From NCBI RefSeq assembly GCF_009914755.1, contig NC_060926.1: a stretch of DNA of 64,000 nt, one strand, 5' to 3'. Below are positions 34,511 through 52,518 of this stretch, one piece after another. The DNA comes from the human T2T-CHM13v2.0 reference genome, Homo sapiens. A program made the translations under genes and the position numbers. Numbering within the stretch: the stretch's first letter is position 1; the number at the start of each line of letters is the position of its first letter. The notes under the pieces are model-generated. The model was not told the origin of the DNA. It was given only the letters and a program-made list of their open reading frames with translations, and did no database searches.

Positions 34511-34810
34511 CAGCCAGGCACGGTGGCTCACACCTGTAATCCCAGCACTGTGGTAAGTCAAGGCGGGAGGATCATTTGAGGTCAGGAGTTCGAGATCAGC
34601 CTGGCCAACATGGTCAAACTCCATCTCTACTAAAAATACAAAAATTAGCTGGGCGTGGTGGTGGGCACCTGTAATCCCAGCTACTCAGAAGGCTATGGCA
34701 GGAGAATCACTTGAACCCAGGAGGAGGAGGTTGCAATGAGCCCGAGATCAGGTCATTGCACTCCACCCTGAGCAAGACAGCAAGACTCTGTCTCAAAAAA
34801 AATAAAATAA
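34511..34810 (+). mobile_element. AluS inserted in a MIR
   Basis: Full dimer, TSD taaaagagaaatgca. Confidence 0.95.
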
Positions 34811-34897
34811 AAGAGAAATGCAAGTGCAAATGCCTGGCATATAGTAAAGGTTCAAAAAATGTTGGCTATAATTATTAAAGAGAATCCAGAAACTCAT

Positions 34898-35126
34898 GCT
34901 GGAGTGCAGTGGCATGATCATCATAGCTCACTGAGCTTACACAATCCTCCCACCTCGGCTTCCCGAGTAGCTAGGACTACAGGCACACGCCACCATGACC
35001 GGCTAGTTTTTTAATATTTGGTAGAGATGGGGTCTTGCTGTGTTGCCCATACCCGGCCTCAAGTGATCCTCTCACCTTGGCCTTCCAAAGTGCTGGGGCT
35101 GCAGGCTTAAGCCACCGTGCCTGGCC
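34898..35126 (-). mobile_element. Partial AluJ
   Basis: Antisense, tail missing. Confidence 0.85.
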
Positions 35127-35384
35127 TAAAATGCATATTCTCATTTTGAGCAAAGCCCCAAACACTGGATACCATTAATTTGTCTCCTTGTTATTCAGTA
35201 TCTTTTTTCTTTTGAAATATATTTTCCCAAGCAACATCTAATAATTTACTTCTATTATGGCCATCTTTACACATTAGGTATGTCTCAAAATTTTTTTCAT
35301 AAGGCAATACTTTGCCTATGGAATCACATTTTCCCAGATTTTACCATTCTATGAAATGATTATCCATCCCCCCGCAAAAAAAAG

Positions 35385-35732
35385 TCTTGATGTATTTCAC
35401 ACTGCTATAAAGATACCACTCAAGACTGGGTAATTTATAAAGAAAACAGGTTTAATTGACTCACAGGTCCACATGTCTGGGGAGGTGGCAGAAGGTGAGA
35501 GGGAAGCAAGGACCTTCTTCACATGGCATCAGGAGAGAGAAGAGAAAAGCCCAGAAGAGACTGCCATTTATAAAACCATCAGATCTCGTGAGAAATCCCT
35601 CACTACGATGAGAACAGCAGAGAGGAAACCAGACCCATGATCCAATCACCTCCCACCAGGTCTCTCCCTCAACGCCTGGGGATTACAATTCAAGATAAGA
35701 TTTGGGTGGGGACACAATGCCTAACTATATAA
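35385..35732 (-). mobile_element. MSTA/THE1-type MaLR solo LTR
   Basis: 'gactgggtaatttataaagaaaacaggtttaattgactcacag', 'aaaaccatcagatctcgtgaga', 'gatttgggtggggacaca'. Confidence 0.88.
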
Positions 35733-35954
35733 CTTGATATTAAAATATTAACAATAATCACATATAGGAATCCTAACATTTAATGCAAGAGCTATCCCTA
35801 ATGTTCATTTTATTTTTCTTTGCTGTCTCTAAAAGTTAACTAATACTAAACTGATCTTTACATGAGGTTTCACACTTATTAATAATTACATATATTAAGT
35901 AAAATATATTTAATTCCTGTTTTTCAGAAAATCATCAAAATTTGTGAATCTGCT

Positions 35955-36090
35955 ATGGATAAACAGCAGTGGTGACAGCACAATGTCAATGTACTTAATG
36001 CCTTGAACTATACATTTAAAAATGGTTAATAAGGCAAATGTTATGTAATTTTAATCCCAATTTTTTAAAAATAAAAAATAAAGTATTAAA
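35955..36090 (+). mobile_element. Very short L1MB-type 3' tail insertion
   Basis: 'atgtacttaatgcc...atttaaaaatggttaa' plus A tail; degenerate TSD aaaatttgtgaatctg / aaaactgtgagtctg. Confidence 0.65.
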
Positions 36091-36555
36091 AAACTGTGAG
36101 TCTGAATTTTAAAAAACAAAAAGCAAGCTAAAAACACCATGGTACTGGAATGCCATGCCATTGCTTTAGTTGATGATTGTCAGAAAAATCACAATTTAAA
36201 GATAGATATTGCTAACTTCTAGTGTTGGCTCCTCTGAACTGTAGCAGGGGCTCGTTTGTACTTATTTTCTACTTCAACTCCCTGTGAAATGTTACTATGT
36301 AATTAGTAAATAATTATTGACTGATATGTAGAAACTAGCCATTTATTAATATAACAGATAATGGACAAACTATAGATAGACTATATCCAAGTCCAAATCA
36401 GAAACTGTCTTAATTTAAAAAAAAAAAAAGAAAGAAAAAAACTGTCTTAACTCAGTTATCTAAAAACAGTACTTTTAAATTTAAAAAGAACGGAAACTAA
36501 TGATTAAATTATATTGATGCCAAAGTTACATTAGCAAGGAAATTTTAAAATATTT

Positions 36556-36850
36556 TGCCAGGCATGGTGACTCACAACTGTAATCCCAATACTTTGAGGG
36601 GATGAGGCAGGCGGATTGCTTGAAGCCATGAGCTGGAGACCAGCCTGGACAATAAAGCAAGACCCCCAACTCTACAGAAAATTTTAAAATTAGCTGGGCG
36701 TGGTGACAAACACCTGCATTCCCAGCTACTTGGAAGGCCAAGACAGGAGGACTGCTTGAACCCAGGAGTTGGAGGCTGCAATGAGCTACGATCACACCAC
36801 TGCACTGCAGCAACTAGGTGACAGAATGAGACCCTGTCTATAAAAATAAA
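36556..36850 (+). mobile_element. AluJ
   Basis: J-type dimer. Confidence 0.92.
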
Positions 36851-37219
36851 TATATAATTTTTAGATTTTTTTTATTTTTAAGTCATTGTTCTTCATTCAA
36901 TGATTGCTCCATTATAACATTTTTAAATGCATGAGTCAAATTACTTGAACTCTGTCATTTCACATGGCTTCCTATCATAATTAGAATAAAACACAAACTA
37001 TTTTACCAATCCTATATAAGATGATATAGGATACAGTTTTAGCCTCCTTCTCCAACATTTTTCACTGTATTTCAGCCATACATTCCCTCTAAAAGGAAAA
37101 CTCTCCCACTGAGAACGTCACGGCGTTTGGGATTTCAATTTAACTTCTACCTGCACAGAAAAGCCACCTCTAAACCCATATCTATAGTAACTTCTAGTCA
37201 CTTCTGCATTACTTGTTGA

Positions 37220-37830
37220 CCACAGCCAAATGCAGAGGCAAGTAGTACCAAGCATGGTAATATAAGGCATAATATCACAGGACCCTTCCATCTAGCAACA
37301 GATGACTAAATCAGGAAGAGCCAGCAGCCAATACGGTAGTCTCAGCAGCAAGAGTTCTATACAAAGTAAACGTGGTGACTAGATAAACTAATCAGTGTCC
37401 AACTCTTTCCCATCTCCCTCACACAGTTTAAATAGTCAATCGTACACCAATTCAGAAGAAACTGACCTTGAATAACCTAATGTCAAAATAGTAGAGAAGA
37501 AGTGTTTATCAGAATCATATACAGAGTTTTAGAAGAAAACAGACAATCCCCATTACTAAAGAAGACTGACTGACTGAACAGATCTGAAGGAGGGCCCCAC
37601 AGACAGTTCTTACTACAGCCTCTAGTTGAGAACCACAGCAGGAGTAGTTAGAGTAAAGTAGTTAGAGCTCCCTGGTTTCCTCAATGACTGCCCATTTCCT
37701 CAACCACTCTCTGTCTTCCTGACACCTTGTTATGCAGCAGTTGGGACTTTTATGTCATTTACCTTCCCATAATAAATCTCCACTACTTAAGGTAACTTAA
37801 ACCTATCTCTCTGCCTTAAAACCTAAACAA
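37220..37830 (+). mobile_element. Old MLT1 (MaLR) LTR remnant
   Basis: Degenerate 3' end 'cataataaatctccactacttaaggtaactt...tctctgccttaaaacc'. Confidence 0.4.
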
Positions 37831-38422
37831 TATATTATCTGACTTGTGGCATGAAAGCCATGTATCCAAATGTTAAAAATAATCACCAAACAAATGTTCT
37901 TCCTTGCCACATTTGGCCTAATTTTTCTAAAACATTGTGATATTTATTAATCCTATATTCAAACTTCAAATGAAACCACAAACAAGAACCAAGGGAGAAA
38001 AGCATTTATTTGCCTTAACAAAATCAACATTTTAGTTAATACAAGGGAAACTCATGTATTTTACTCCCAAGAAAGTTCCCAAAAATTCAAGACTTAACTT
38101 CACTCAATTCCAATAAATTTATTTTCCAAACACCCAACCACAGGATCTTGTTTGAAAACCAACAACCAGGGGGAAAGCAACAGACTGCTACAAACAGGCA
38201 TAATGACACCTAAAAGAAATTATCTATACATACACACATTTTTTTCAAAGAAATAGACTTTTATGCATTTGTCAGACCCATATAACTGAAATCATAAATA
38301 ATGAACTTTAATGTATGCAAGTTAACCAAACAAAAAAATTTACCAATATGTCAGGATATCCTAGGATGAAATGTAGATGGTGACAAATGAATCTAACAGT
38401 ATTACAAATACAAGATACAACT

Positions 38423-39011
<589 letters not shown>

Positions 39012-39330
39012 AGATACGTATGAAGTTCAGGAACTTCCCAAAGTTACTTAACTTTGGGAAATGATGCTTTGATTAGAAATTGTAACGCTAAAGGCACAAA
39101 AGCTGTATAAAAACTTATACTCTGGCTGGTAAATTTGTTTCAAACAGAGGTATAGGTTAACAGTTCTACACCTGCTTTTCATGTATACTGGCATTGAACA
39201 AATAGGTAAAATGAATGGTAGATGGTGGGTGGGAGCCAGGTTTCTCAATGTTGAGGAGAGAAGTTACAGATAAGTACAGGGAAAACAGTAAAACAAGCCC
39301 TGTGGTACTGGATTAGAGTTGGAGAAATGA

Positions 39331-39736
<406 letters not shown>

Positions 39737-39834
39737 CTACTATAAATAAATATATTTCCTGTCTCTGTCCCCTGACAGGACTTAGAAGCAGTGATACCCA
39801 GTAGCCATTAACACATTCAATGCCCAAATCTTAG

Positions 39835-40138
39835 TTTTTTGTTTTTTTTGTTTTTGAGACAGAGTTTCGCTCTTGTTGCCCAGGCCAGAGTGAGGGTGGC
39901 ACAATCTCGGCTCACTGCGACATCCGCCTTCCGGGTTCAAGTGGTTCTCCTGCCTCAGCCTCCTGAGTAGCTGGGATTACAGGCATGCACCACCATACCC
40001 GGCTAATTTTGTATTTTTAGTAGAGACACGGTTTCTCCATGTTGGTCAGGCTGGTCTTGAACTCCTGACCGCAGGTGATCCGCCTGCCTCAGCCACCCAA
40101 AGTGCTGGGATTACAGGCGTGAGCCACCGCGCCCGGCC
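39835..40138 (-). mobile_element. AluSp-like
   Basis: 'gtttcgctcttgttgccc', 'gtttctccatgttggtcagg'. Confidence 0.95.
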
Positions 40139-40932
40139 CCAAATCTTTGTTTCTAAATATCATTTCCCAATAAAAGAAAGCAAGGCTCCTTGGAGAAATA
40201 GAACATTCTACCCACAGGGCAGGAAAATATAAGATGAGCTTGAAGCATCTTGAAGAAAGCAAGAGAGTGCTTAAAAGTCCAAAGAATGGAACATGCCAAA
40301 AGGATTCAGGTACCAACCTAAAAATAATCCCAATAGCTAAGGCTGAAAAATTCTGAGCAACAAAATAGTGTGGGATTGGATTACCTTCCAAAGTACAAAA
40401 TAAATATACATGAGTCCATACGGATATAAATAAGTTGAGTGGGGGAGGGGCAGAGACAAATCTTCCTTAGAGAAGAACTCAAGTAATGTATGCAAATATT
40501 TCCTCATCCAAAGTGTGGGTTGGACTTCAGCGACTCACATCCAAAGAACAGAATACGGCAAAAGGAAGATAGCAACTTTACAACAGACAAACCTGGCAAA
40601 CACTTACTACCTTAACCAAACGATCAAAGTTAACCTCACCAACATTAATTTAATGTAACCCCAATATATGATGAGGTCATTATACCTCTGTGGTATTCAT
40701 CCCCAAAACCCGTAACTCCAATCTAATTAAGAGGGGTGGGGAGGAAAAATCAGACAAATCCAAATGAAGGAACATTTCACAAAATGCCTGACAGTGTCTC
40801 AAAACTGTCTTGGTCATGAAAAACAAAGAAAAATTAACAATTTGTCACAGATCAGAGAAGACTAAAGACAGGCTCACTAAACACGATGTGGTAACCTGGA
40901 TAAGATCCTAGAACAGAGAAAGGACATTAGTG

Positions 40933-41284
<352 letters not shown>

Positions 41285-41688
41285 TTAATTGTACTGACCA
41301 ACTACTATTTTTAGTTTTAATAAATGTACCATGTAAGAGTAAGATGTTACTGTAAGATGTTAACAGTAGGGGAAAATCGGTGAGGAATATACAGAACTTC
41401 TGTACTATCTTTATAACTTTTCAGTAAATCTAAAATCTTTCCAAACTAAAAGGTCATTAAAATAATAATAAACATGAATAGTACAGAAATCTGAGGTCAT
41501 TTAAAGAGCAGGCAAATATCACCAAATTCCTCACTAAATCCTGACAGTGTCACTATTTTACAACACAGTAAAACATGGTCCCCACTGGTTTTTTAAGAAA
41601 ATAAGAGATATGTATTCCCAAGTCCCTAAAATAAAATCTATAAACGCTGAAAGTGTTTACCTAAAATAAATAACAAAATGATTCTTAG

Positions 41689-42055
<367 letters not shown>

Positions 42056-42250
42056 TAGTGTTGCTCTCCTTTACATGGCTTTTAACAATTGTTTAGAATC
42101 ACATTTACTCATTTATTAATAGAAAATGTCATATTCCACAAGCAATTTTATACACCAGAAGTCCTCATATGCATGTAATGTTTAACTTAATAATCTAGCA
42201 GAACAAAGTTATTTATGCAAAATCTTTACTAATAAATATAGCTGGCTTGG

Positions 42251-42372
42251 CAGCCAGGCACAGTGGTTCAGACCTGTAATCCCAACACTTTGGGAGGCCA
42301 AGATGGGAGGACTGCTTGAGGCCAGGAGTTCAAGACCAGCCTGATCAACATGGCAAGATCCCAACTCTATTA
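42251..42372 (+). mobile_element. FLAM_C-like monomer
   Basis: Left monomer only. Confidence 0.85.
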
Positions 42373-42517
42373 AGTATATAAATATATATACTTACATAGC
42401 TTGTCTGTGAGTTATCTCAATAGATTATTCACAGTCAGTTACAGATGGAACTCCCTGTTCTATTCTTTCTTCCCTTCTCACTACTGCCTATTGTTTTTAA
42501 ATTTAAATATAACTGTT

Positions 42518-42905
<388 letters not shown>

Positions 42906-42959
42906 TTACCTTCACTCATTATTTATTGTGTAACCAAAATAATTTTCTTTCATATATCC

Positions 42960-43880
42960 TTTTCACTCATTCATTCACCTATTTATAAACATATTAATAA
43001 GTTTTGCAAAATACCTATTAAGTACCAGGACTGTTTCTGATTATGAAGATAGAACAGTAAACAAGACAGGCAGGTCTACATTCTCATGGAGCATATATTC
43101 TAAAGGAGACAGGCAGACAGTAAGTAACAACTTAAGTAACTTCAAATTGTGATAAACACTATAAAAGAAACAAACAGAAATATTTACTTCACTGCTATTC
43201 TATGTGCAGTAGAGGAAAACAGACTACTTCCAAAAAAACAGGAAAGGCACCTTTAAGTACGCGACAACTAAATTGTTATTTGAAGGATAAGAAAAGTCAA
43301 GAAAAGAGCTGGGGAAAGCAATGTCTCGGAAGAGAGAACAGCAAATGCAAGGGCCCTAAAGTAAAGAGTGTAGCATGTTGCAACAATTAGGGAGAAAACA
43401 ATGGCCGAAGTTTTCTGTTTTTGTTTGAGATGTGTTCTCACTCTGCCACCCAGGTTAGAGAGCACTGACAGGATCAAAGCTGACTGCAGCCTTGACTTAC
43501 TGGGCTCATGTAATCCTCCCACCTCAGCCTCCCCAGCAACTGGGACTACAAGTGTGTACAATAATGCCTGGCTAATTTTTTACTTTTTCTAGAAAAGGGG
43601 TCTCGCTATGTTGTCCTGGCTGGTCTCAAAGGCCTGGCCTCAATCCTCCCACCTCAGCCCCCCACACTGCTGGTATTACAGGTGTGAGCCACCTTGCCTG
43701 GACCAACAAATGTTTTGTTAATCCTAAAACACAACAAACAAGGAGAATGACAAAAGACTAGGAAGGATAGGTAGGCATAGGCCATATCATGTGGGCTGAA
43801 ATAAGAAGCTTACGTACAATTAAAAAATCATTAATGATTTTAACTAGTACAGTCATATTAACCAATTTACATTTTTCAAA
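42960..43880. mobile_element. L2 fragment, split by an AluJ
   Basis: 'cattcattcacc...acctattaagtaccagg', 'gagaacagcaaatgcaagggccctaa'. Confidence 0.6.
43410..43704 (-). mobile_element. AluJ
   Basis: Antisense diverged dimer. Confidence 0.9.
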
Positions 43881-44668
43881 ATTCTAAAACATACACTTGT
43901 AAATATTATTTAATACACAATGTAAGGCTAAATTTGTCATCATTCAATTTGGAAACCTGGTGTCAGACAAATAACATTATAATCTAGTCATATTAGTCAT
44001 TCAATCATTCATGAAGCATTTGGCCAGCTCCTGCCCTGTGCCAGATAGCTCTGGGTGTTGAAAATACAAAGATTATAGTGGTGATGTCACCTTCCACTTT
44101 GAGCAATAAATACAAAAATGATAATGATGATATCATCCTCTATTCTGAGCAATCTAGTTTTCTTCCTAAGGCCTCAAAGCTGTAGTTTTCTAACTGCTAT
44201 ATATTAAAACCACCTTAGTGTATGGTAAAAAAAGCAGATAGGGTCCCAGCTAGCAGTAATTCTAATTCAGTAGGTTTCCAATCATCCTTCACCATACTTT
44301 GAGGTGAAGGACGAAAAATAAAATCACCTGTAATTTATAAATTACTTCATGATTCTTGAGAATCATGCCAAAATGAGCCACTGTAATTAATGGAAGGAGT
44401 ATGCGCAGAGTGTTAGTAGGAAGGACTTGGAGGAGTCAGTATGTACAGAGAGATTAAGATTGATAACCAAGATTAAGTTGGTAAGAGTTCTTGGTTTCTT
44501 TTTTTCTTTTTCAACTGCCAAGAAAGAAGTAAGGATTTCTACATACCAGAAGTCTGCAGGACCTTTCAGAAGGTCCTCCAGACCAAAACCACTTTGAGAA
44601 TAATACTAAAATATTATTTGTTTCTTTCACTGTATTGGGATTTTCCCTGAAGGTTCAAAAGTAACATT

Positions 44669-44968
44669 GGGCCAGGCATGGTATCTCACGCCTGTAATCC
44701 CAGCACTTCGGGAGGCTGAGGCAGGCGGATCACTTGAGGTCAGGAGTTTGAGACCACCCTCGCCAACATGGTAAAACCCCGTCTCTACTGAAAATACAGA
44801 AATTAGCTGGGCGTGGTGGCACACGCCTGTAATCCCAGCTACTCAGGAGGCTGAGGCGGGAGAATCCCTTGAACCCAGGAGGCAGAGGTTGCAGTGAGCC
44901 AAGATGGGGCACTGCACTCCAGCCTGGGCGACAAAGCAAGACTCTGTCTCGAAAAAAATAAAAAAAAT
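44669..44968 (+). mobile_element. AluS
   Basis: Full dimer, TSD aaaagtaacattgg. Confidence 0.95.
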
Positions 44969-45328
44969 TTAAAAAGTAACATTGGATAAAACTGCTGTTG
45001 TCTCATTAGCAGTAGCACCGAACTACAGTAGTAGTCACTACATTCTTCATTACCAAACACTCACCAAATTTTTTAAAGCCAGTTTCACTTAAGAATGTCC
45101 TTGATATAGCTGCAAATATTACACATTAAATCTTTGCCCTTAAGTATACAACTTCTTAATATTCTGTGCACTTAAATGGGTAGAAAGATGGCTGTCTCAA
45201 GAAAAAGCATCTTATGAGAGTTGCAAGCTGAACTGTGCTTTTTTACAGACCACCATTTCTCTTGAAAGAACAACTAGTTACTTACTCTTGGGTATCTGAA
45301 AGTTATTTCCTTGAAAATGAATAGTGGG

Positions 45329-45662
45329 CAGCCAGGCATGGTGGCTCACGCCTGTAATCCCAGCACTTTGAGAGGCCAAGGCAGGCAGATCACCTGAGTT
45401 CGGGAGTTTGAGACCAGCCTGACCAACATGGAGAAACCCCGTCTCTACCAAAAATACAAAATTAGCCAGGCATGGTGGTATGTGCCTGGAATCCCAGCTA
45501 CTCAGGAGGCTGAGGCAGGGGAATCGCTTGAACCCAGGAGGCAGAGGTTGCGGTGAGCCGAGCCAAAGGCTGCGGTGAGCCAAGATCGCGCCATTGCACT
45601 CCAGCCTGGGCAACAAGAGCAAAACTCTGTCTCAAAAAAAAAAAAAAAGAAAGAAAGAAAGA
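45329..45662 (+). mobile_element. AluSp-like with short internal duplication
   Basis: Repeated 'gcggtgagcc'; TSD gaaaatga(a/c)tagtgggc. Confidence 0.95.
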
Positions 45663-46238
45663 AAATGACTAGTGGGCTTGTCACATCAGGGAAAGTAACC
45701 AACAATATTTAAGCTTCGAAAAAATTCGAATTTTGCAAAACATAGTTTCTACCACTATGGGCTTAACAACTTCCCAAGTCAAAAACACTTTTCTAAAGAG
45801 AATGGTGACGATATTAACAGGTGTGATTCTTTGACAACAAATAATGAAATGTGTAAACATTTAGAAGATCTGCGTAACTCAATAAACAAATATTTTCCAA
45901 CTGACTAATGCATGATGTTTGAAAATTCCTGCAAGGAAAAAAGATACAACCAAAGTGGAGGATAAACCAACTAGATTCATAGATCTTAATGAAAACACAA
46001 TATGAAAACTTTACTGAGATGGTTTCAAATTCTACACTGCAATTAATCTTTAAGAAATTACCTTCAAAAGGTACATCTTGATTGTGTTGACTTTCATAGA
46101 TATATTAAATATATGTAACTTATCAACTATATCTCAATAAAATGATTTTTTTTAAAAAAGGAACTACCGCATGTAGAGTTTCAGTATAGCGTTAAATATG
46201 GCTATCCATAAGTATCTGGAAAGTCTATTAAATAATTT

Positions 46239-46537
46239 TGGCCGGGTGTGGTGGCTCACACCTGTAATCCCAGCAATTTGGGAGGCCGAAGTAGACAAGA
46301 TCACTTGTACCCAGGAGATCAAGACCAGCTTGGGCAACATGGTGAAACCCTGTCTCTACAAAAAATACAGAAATTAACCGGGCATGGTGGTATACACCTA
46401 TAGTCCCAGCTACTAGGAAAGTGAGTAGGAAGGATCGCTTGAGCCCAGGAGGTCAAGGTTGCAATGAGCCATGAGCATGCCACTGCACTCCAGCATGGAC
46501 GACAGAGCAAGACTTTGTCTCAAAAAATTAAATAAAA
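46239..46537 (+). mobile_element. AluJb-like
   Basis: J-type dimer. Confidence 0.92.
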
Positions 46538-46849
46538 TACTCCTCCCTCTTCCAAATTTACATCTGGGTGAGGCCAGATTTTCTCCATATGCTTCAAGCA
46601 AAACAACATATCACAACACTGAATGCAGTAGCAGATATGAGAATCCAGCTATTTTCTATTAAGCTAGACATTAAAGATATTTGCAAAACTATAACAAATG
46701 CCACTCTTCTCATACTCTTCTTGTTCCGAAAGATAGTTATTTTCATTAAAAATGTCATTTATGTTAGCATGTAATGGGTTTATTATTGCTATTTTTAAAT
46801 AAATTAACAGTAAATAACTTTGGTTGGTTGGCTGGTTTTTGGTGTCTGG

Positions 46850-47111
46850 GGTTTTTTTGGTTTTTTCTTTTTTTGAGACAAGGTCTGGCTCTGTCACCCA
46901 GGCTCGAGCGCAGTGGCATGATCTCAGCTCACTACAAACTCTGCCTACCAGGCTCAAGCCATCTAAATTTTTTTTCTTTTTTTTTTTTTTTTTTGGTAGA
47001 GACAAATTTCGCCATGTTGCCCAGGCTGGTCTTGAACTGGTGAGCTCAAGTGATCTGCCCACTCAGCTCCCAAAGTGCTAGGATTACAGGTATGAGCGAC
47101 CACGCCTAGCC
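46850..47111 (-). mobile_element. AluJ with deletion
   Basis: Antisense. Confidence 0.9.
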
Positions 47112-47695
47112 AAAAGTAAGTAACTTTTATAGCTTCTCAGTTTTAGTTTCTGATTTGATATCTAGTGATATACATAACCCACATAAATAAAAACTCTTTA
47201 GGGCTATCAATAATTTTGAAGGCTATAAAGAGATTCTGAGACTGACAAGAGACTAACACAAGAGCAAATGACATTTCGCTGAGACTAGCAAGAGAACAAA
47301 TGATATATTATTTAGATATGCACTATATTGAATCACCTTAATGAATGTGTCATATCTTCCTCTGAAAAACCAGAATAAGGAGCCACCCAAAAAAGGGGGG
47401 TATCAAAAGCAAAATAATGACTATGTTATAATATGAAAAGATCTTCAACTATCAAATTTGTTAACTACAAAAAGGCCAAATATAAAATAACTATACAAGC
47501 TAGCTCTTGCTGAAAAAGAGAAAATGATGACTTATAGTCACGTGTGTTTATATATGCATAAACAATCACTGGATAGACAGACACATAAGAAATTGATAAA
47601 AGCAACCACCTATAAGGGAAGGGGAACATGGAATACACAAGGACAATGCAGGAATGAGACTTCTCAATATTTTTGACTTTTAAAACACAGGAATG

Positions 47696-48023
<328 letters not shown>

Positions 48024-48589
48024 TTAATTTAAAATTTAATTTAATTAAGTGTAAAATAATTCTAAGCCAATATTAAGCCATAATTCAAACATATTTCCAA
48101 TTTCTAAGTTGCTCTGATCTCAGAAAAACAAAAAATCTTACTCTTTTTATTGGCTCTGAGGCAAAACAGTGCTGTCAGCAACTAAACGCTCATACTAGAA
48201 GAGTAAGCACTGGTCAATCTGATTTCTAAGACACAGGAGGGAAATGTTTTTTTAAACCTATAAATGAATCCATCATCTATAGAAAAAACAAAATATTATT
48301 AAGTAATTAATAAGAAAATAGCCAGGTAAAATCAGCAGTTATTTTATTAACTCCCTTATACTTAAAAGTTGTCTTTTGCTTGAGCCTTCAGTCACAAGTA
48401 GCTCAACCTTCGCTTGCATCTCAGAGGAATATTCTGAAATTGTGAGAAGTTTCCAAATTTTATAAGAATATCAGCTTAACAAAAATTCTTAAATTATTTC
48501 TGTCACTTTTCCTAATAGTCAACATAAAAAGGCATATTTCTTTCCACATGGATTAGTCGCTCTCCATAATTTCCAACAGAATTCTTAAG

Positions 48590-48812
48590 CCTAGGTCAGG
48601 GCTGAGGAAACAATTGGGAGGCCAAATCTGCTTCACCACCATTTTTTTATAGATCAAGTTTTATTGAAGCACAGCCAGTTATTCACTTACATATTAACTA
48701 TAGCTGCTTTCACAATACAAGGGCAGAGTTGACTAGCTGCAAGGGCACAGATCATATGGCCCACAAAGCCTAAAATATTCACTATCTGATCCTTTACAGA
48801 GATAAGAGGTGT
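48590..48812. mobile_element. MER58A hAT-Charlie MITE
   Basis: 'ggccaaatctg', 'aagttttattgaagcacagcca', 'tatggcccacaaagcctaaaatattcactatctg'. Confidence 0.8.
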
Positions 48813-48852
48813 CATGGCAATAAACAAAAGTGGGTTCATATCTCAAATCTCA

Positions 48853-49209
<357 letters not shown>

Positions 49210-49439
49210 TTAATAAAATAATAAGGAGCATTTATAGAGAATTAAATGGGGAACACCCAGATATGTCCAAAAAACACTAAAGATAATAAATATAAGCAAT
49301 TGGAAGAAACAATTAACTAAAATACATATTTGAAAACTATGGAAAAAAAATCATCAGAAAATCAAAAGTCAAATGGGATACTGGGAAAAAAATGCTTCCA
49401 ACTAATGTCACAGGAAAAAAAGGGTCGATTTTTCTACAA

Positions 49440-49594
49440 ATAGTGGCACATGCCTCTAGTCCCAGCTATTCAGGAGGCAGATGCACGAGGATCACTGGAG
49501 CCAAGGAATTTGAGACTGCAGCGAGCTATGACTGTGCCACTGCATTCCAGCCTGGGCAACACAGTAAGACCCTGTCTCAAAAAAAAGAAAGAAA
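49440..49594 (+). mobile_element. Alu right monomer (FRAM/AluJ)
   Basis: Monomer with A tail. Confidence 0.85.
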
Positions 49595-50298
49595 GATATG
49601 AAAACATGCTCAACCTCACTCATACTAAGAAAAATACACATTAAAACTATAGTGGCATGAATTATATTTCCACTCATGAGGAAGTAACAGGTCCAAACAA
49701 CCTACATCCATATACAACTACAAAAACTAGACAAAACATATAAATATGCATTGCATTATTTTTTCAGACATTAGACTACATGGGCAACAGGACTGTGGAA
49801 AAGGAAATAAACAAAATGAGATTTTAAATGACCCAGAATTCTGCCAGAAGACAACTTATAAACTACTGCCCAGTGAAGAGGAGCACAGACCTGGGTGGGA
49901 TCACTAAAATTTGCCATACTGAAGTTTGAGAAGGCTAGGTGGCTAGAATTTCCGGATCAGAATTCTGGAGAAGAGGAAGCTAAACAACAAAGAACTCTGG
50001 AAATCTGCAAAGGGGTTCACTCAGGTTTTTGGTTTAATACCACAACCTGCCCACGCACAGGGTAAAACTCCACAAAGCCAAAGAAACTCTTCTGGGGAAA
50101 GAACAATTTCTAGAACTCAGTGGGCCAAAATCATTGGAGCTATCACCAGTCTGAGTGGAGATACCTCACTGATTATATGGCAGATTTAGAACAGGCCCCA
50201 AAAGAGTAAAGCTTTAATGATAGAACTCCACCAAGGCCAAACTATCCTATTTTTTATCCTAAAAAATTGTAAAACAAGTCAGAAAACTATAAAAATGA

Positions 50299-51313
<1,015 letters not shown>

Positions 51314-51330
51314 AAGGCACTCGTGCCTTG

Positions 51331-51437
51331 CGGTGGGGGTGGAGGTAGAGCAAGGGAGGGAGGGAGGAAAAGAGGGAGAGAGGAAGGGAGGAAGGGAGGG
51401 AGGGAGAGAGGGAGGGAGGGAGGAAGGCAGGCAGGCA
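51331..51437 (+). repeat. G-rich/(GGGA)n tract
   Basis: Directly visible. Confidence 0.9.
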
Positions 51438-51575
51438 AACATGACCAATAAACAGGAAGAAAAATAATTCACTATACCCAGACCCAGAAATTATAGATTA
51501 AAAAAACAGCTATTGTAGAAATATTCAATATGCCCAAAAATCTAAATGACATGAATATATGAAAATAAGAGAATT

Positions 51576-51870
<295 letters not shown>

Positions 51871-52518
51871 ATAAGACAATCAAATGGAATATAGAGATGA
51901 AAATTATAATATTTGATATAAAAGTTTCATTCATGGAATTAAAAGCAAAATTAGATACTGCAGAAGATCACTGAACTTGAGAACAAAGCAAAATAAATTA
52001 TACAAAAGGAAACAGAAAAAAAGGGGGGGAACATTCTCAGTGAACTGTGGGAGAATATTAAGCTATGCAAGATATATGTGACTGGAGTGTCAGAAATACA
52101 AAAAGAGAAAAAAAAAATCCTCAAGGAGGTAATAATAAAGATGAAAAATTTCCAAATTTTCTGAAAACTATAACCCAGGCATCTAAGAATCACAGTAAGC
52201 CCCAAGGGATAAATTCAAAACTATTCAAAGGTACATGATAACAGCAGGAAAATGGTAATAAGTAAGAAATTGTCAAGCGACCTGAAGAAAAGACACACTA
52301 TATTCAGAGAAACAAATATAAAAAAATCATAGACTTCCAGAAGCTATGCTAAGCCAAAATACAATACAAAATTTATAAAGTGCTACAACACACCAAAAAC
52401 TTAATACCTACCAAACTACCTTTCAATAAAGAAGGGCGTAACGATAGAGTGAATTCATCAAGAAAACATATATCCCAATATGCACACCAAATAATATAAA
52501 ATCAAAAATACATAAAAC

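Larger units (their letters stand above)
44535..47250 (+). mobile_element. Charlie1a-like hAT transposon remnant, interrupted by four Alus and a short L1 tail
   Basis: 'gccagtttcacttaagaatgtccttgat', 'gaaatgtgtaaacatttagaagatctgcgtaactca', 'gaatgcagtagcagatatgagaatccagct', 'acccacataaataaaaactctttagg'. Confidence 0.8.
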
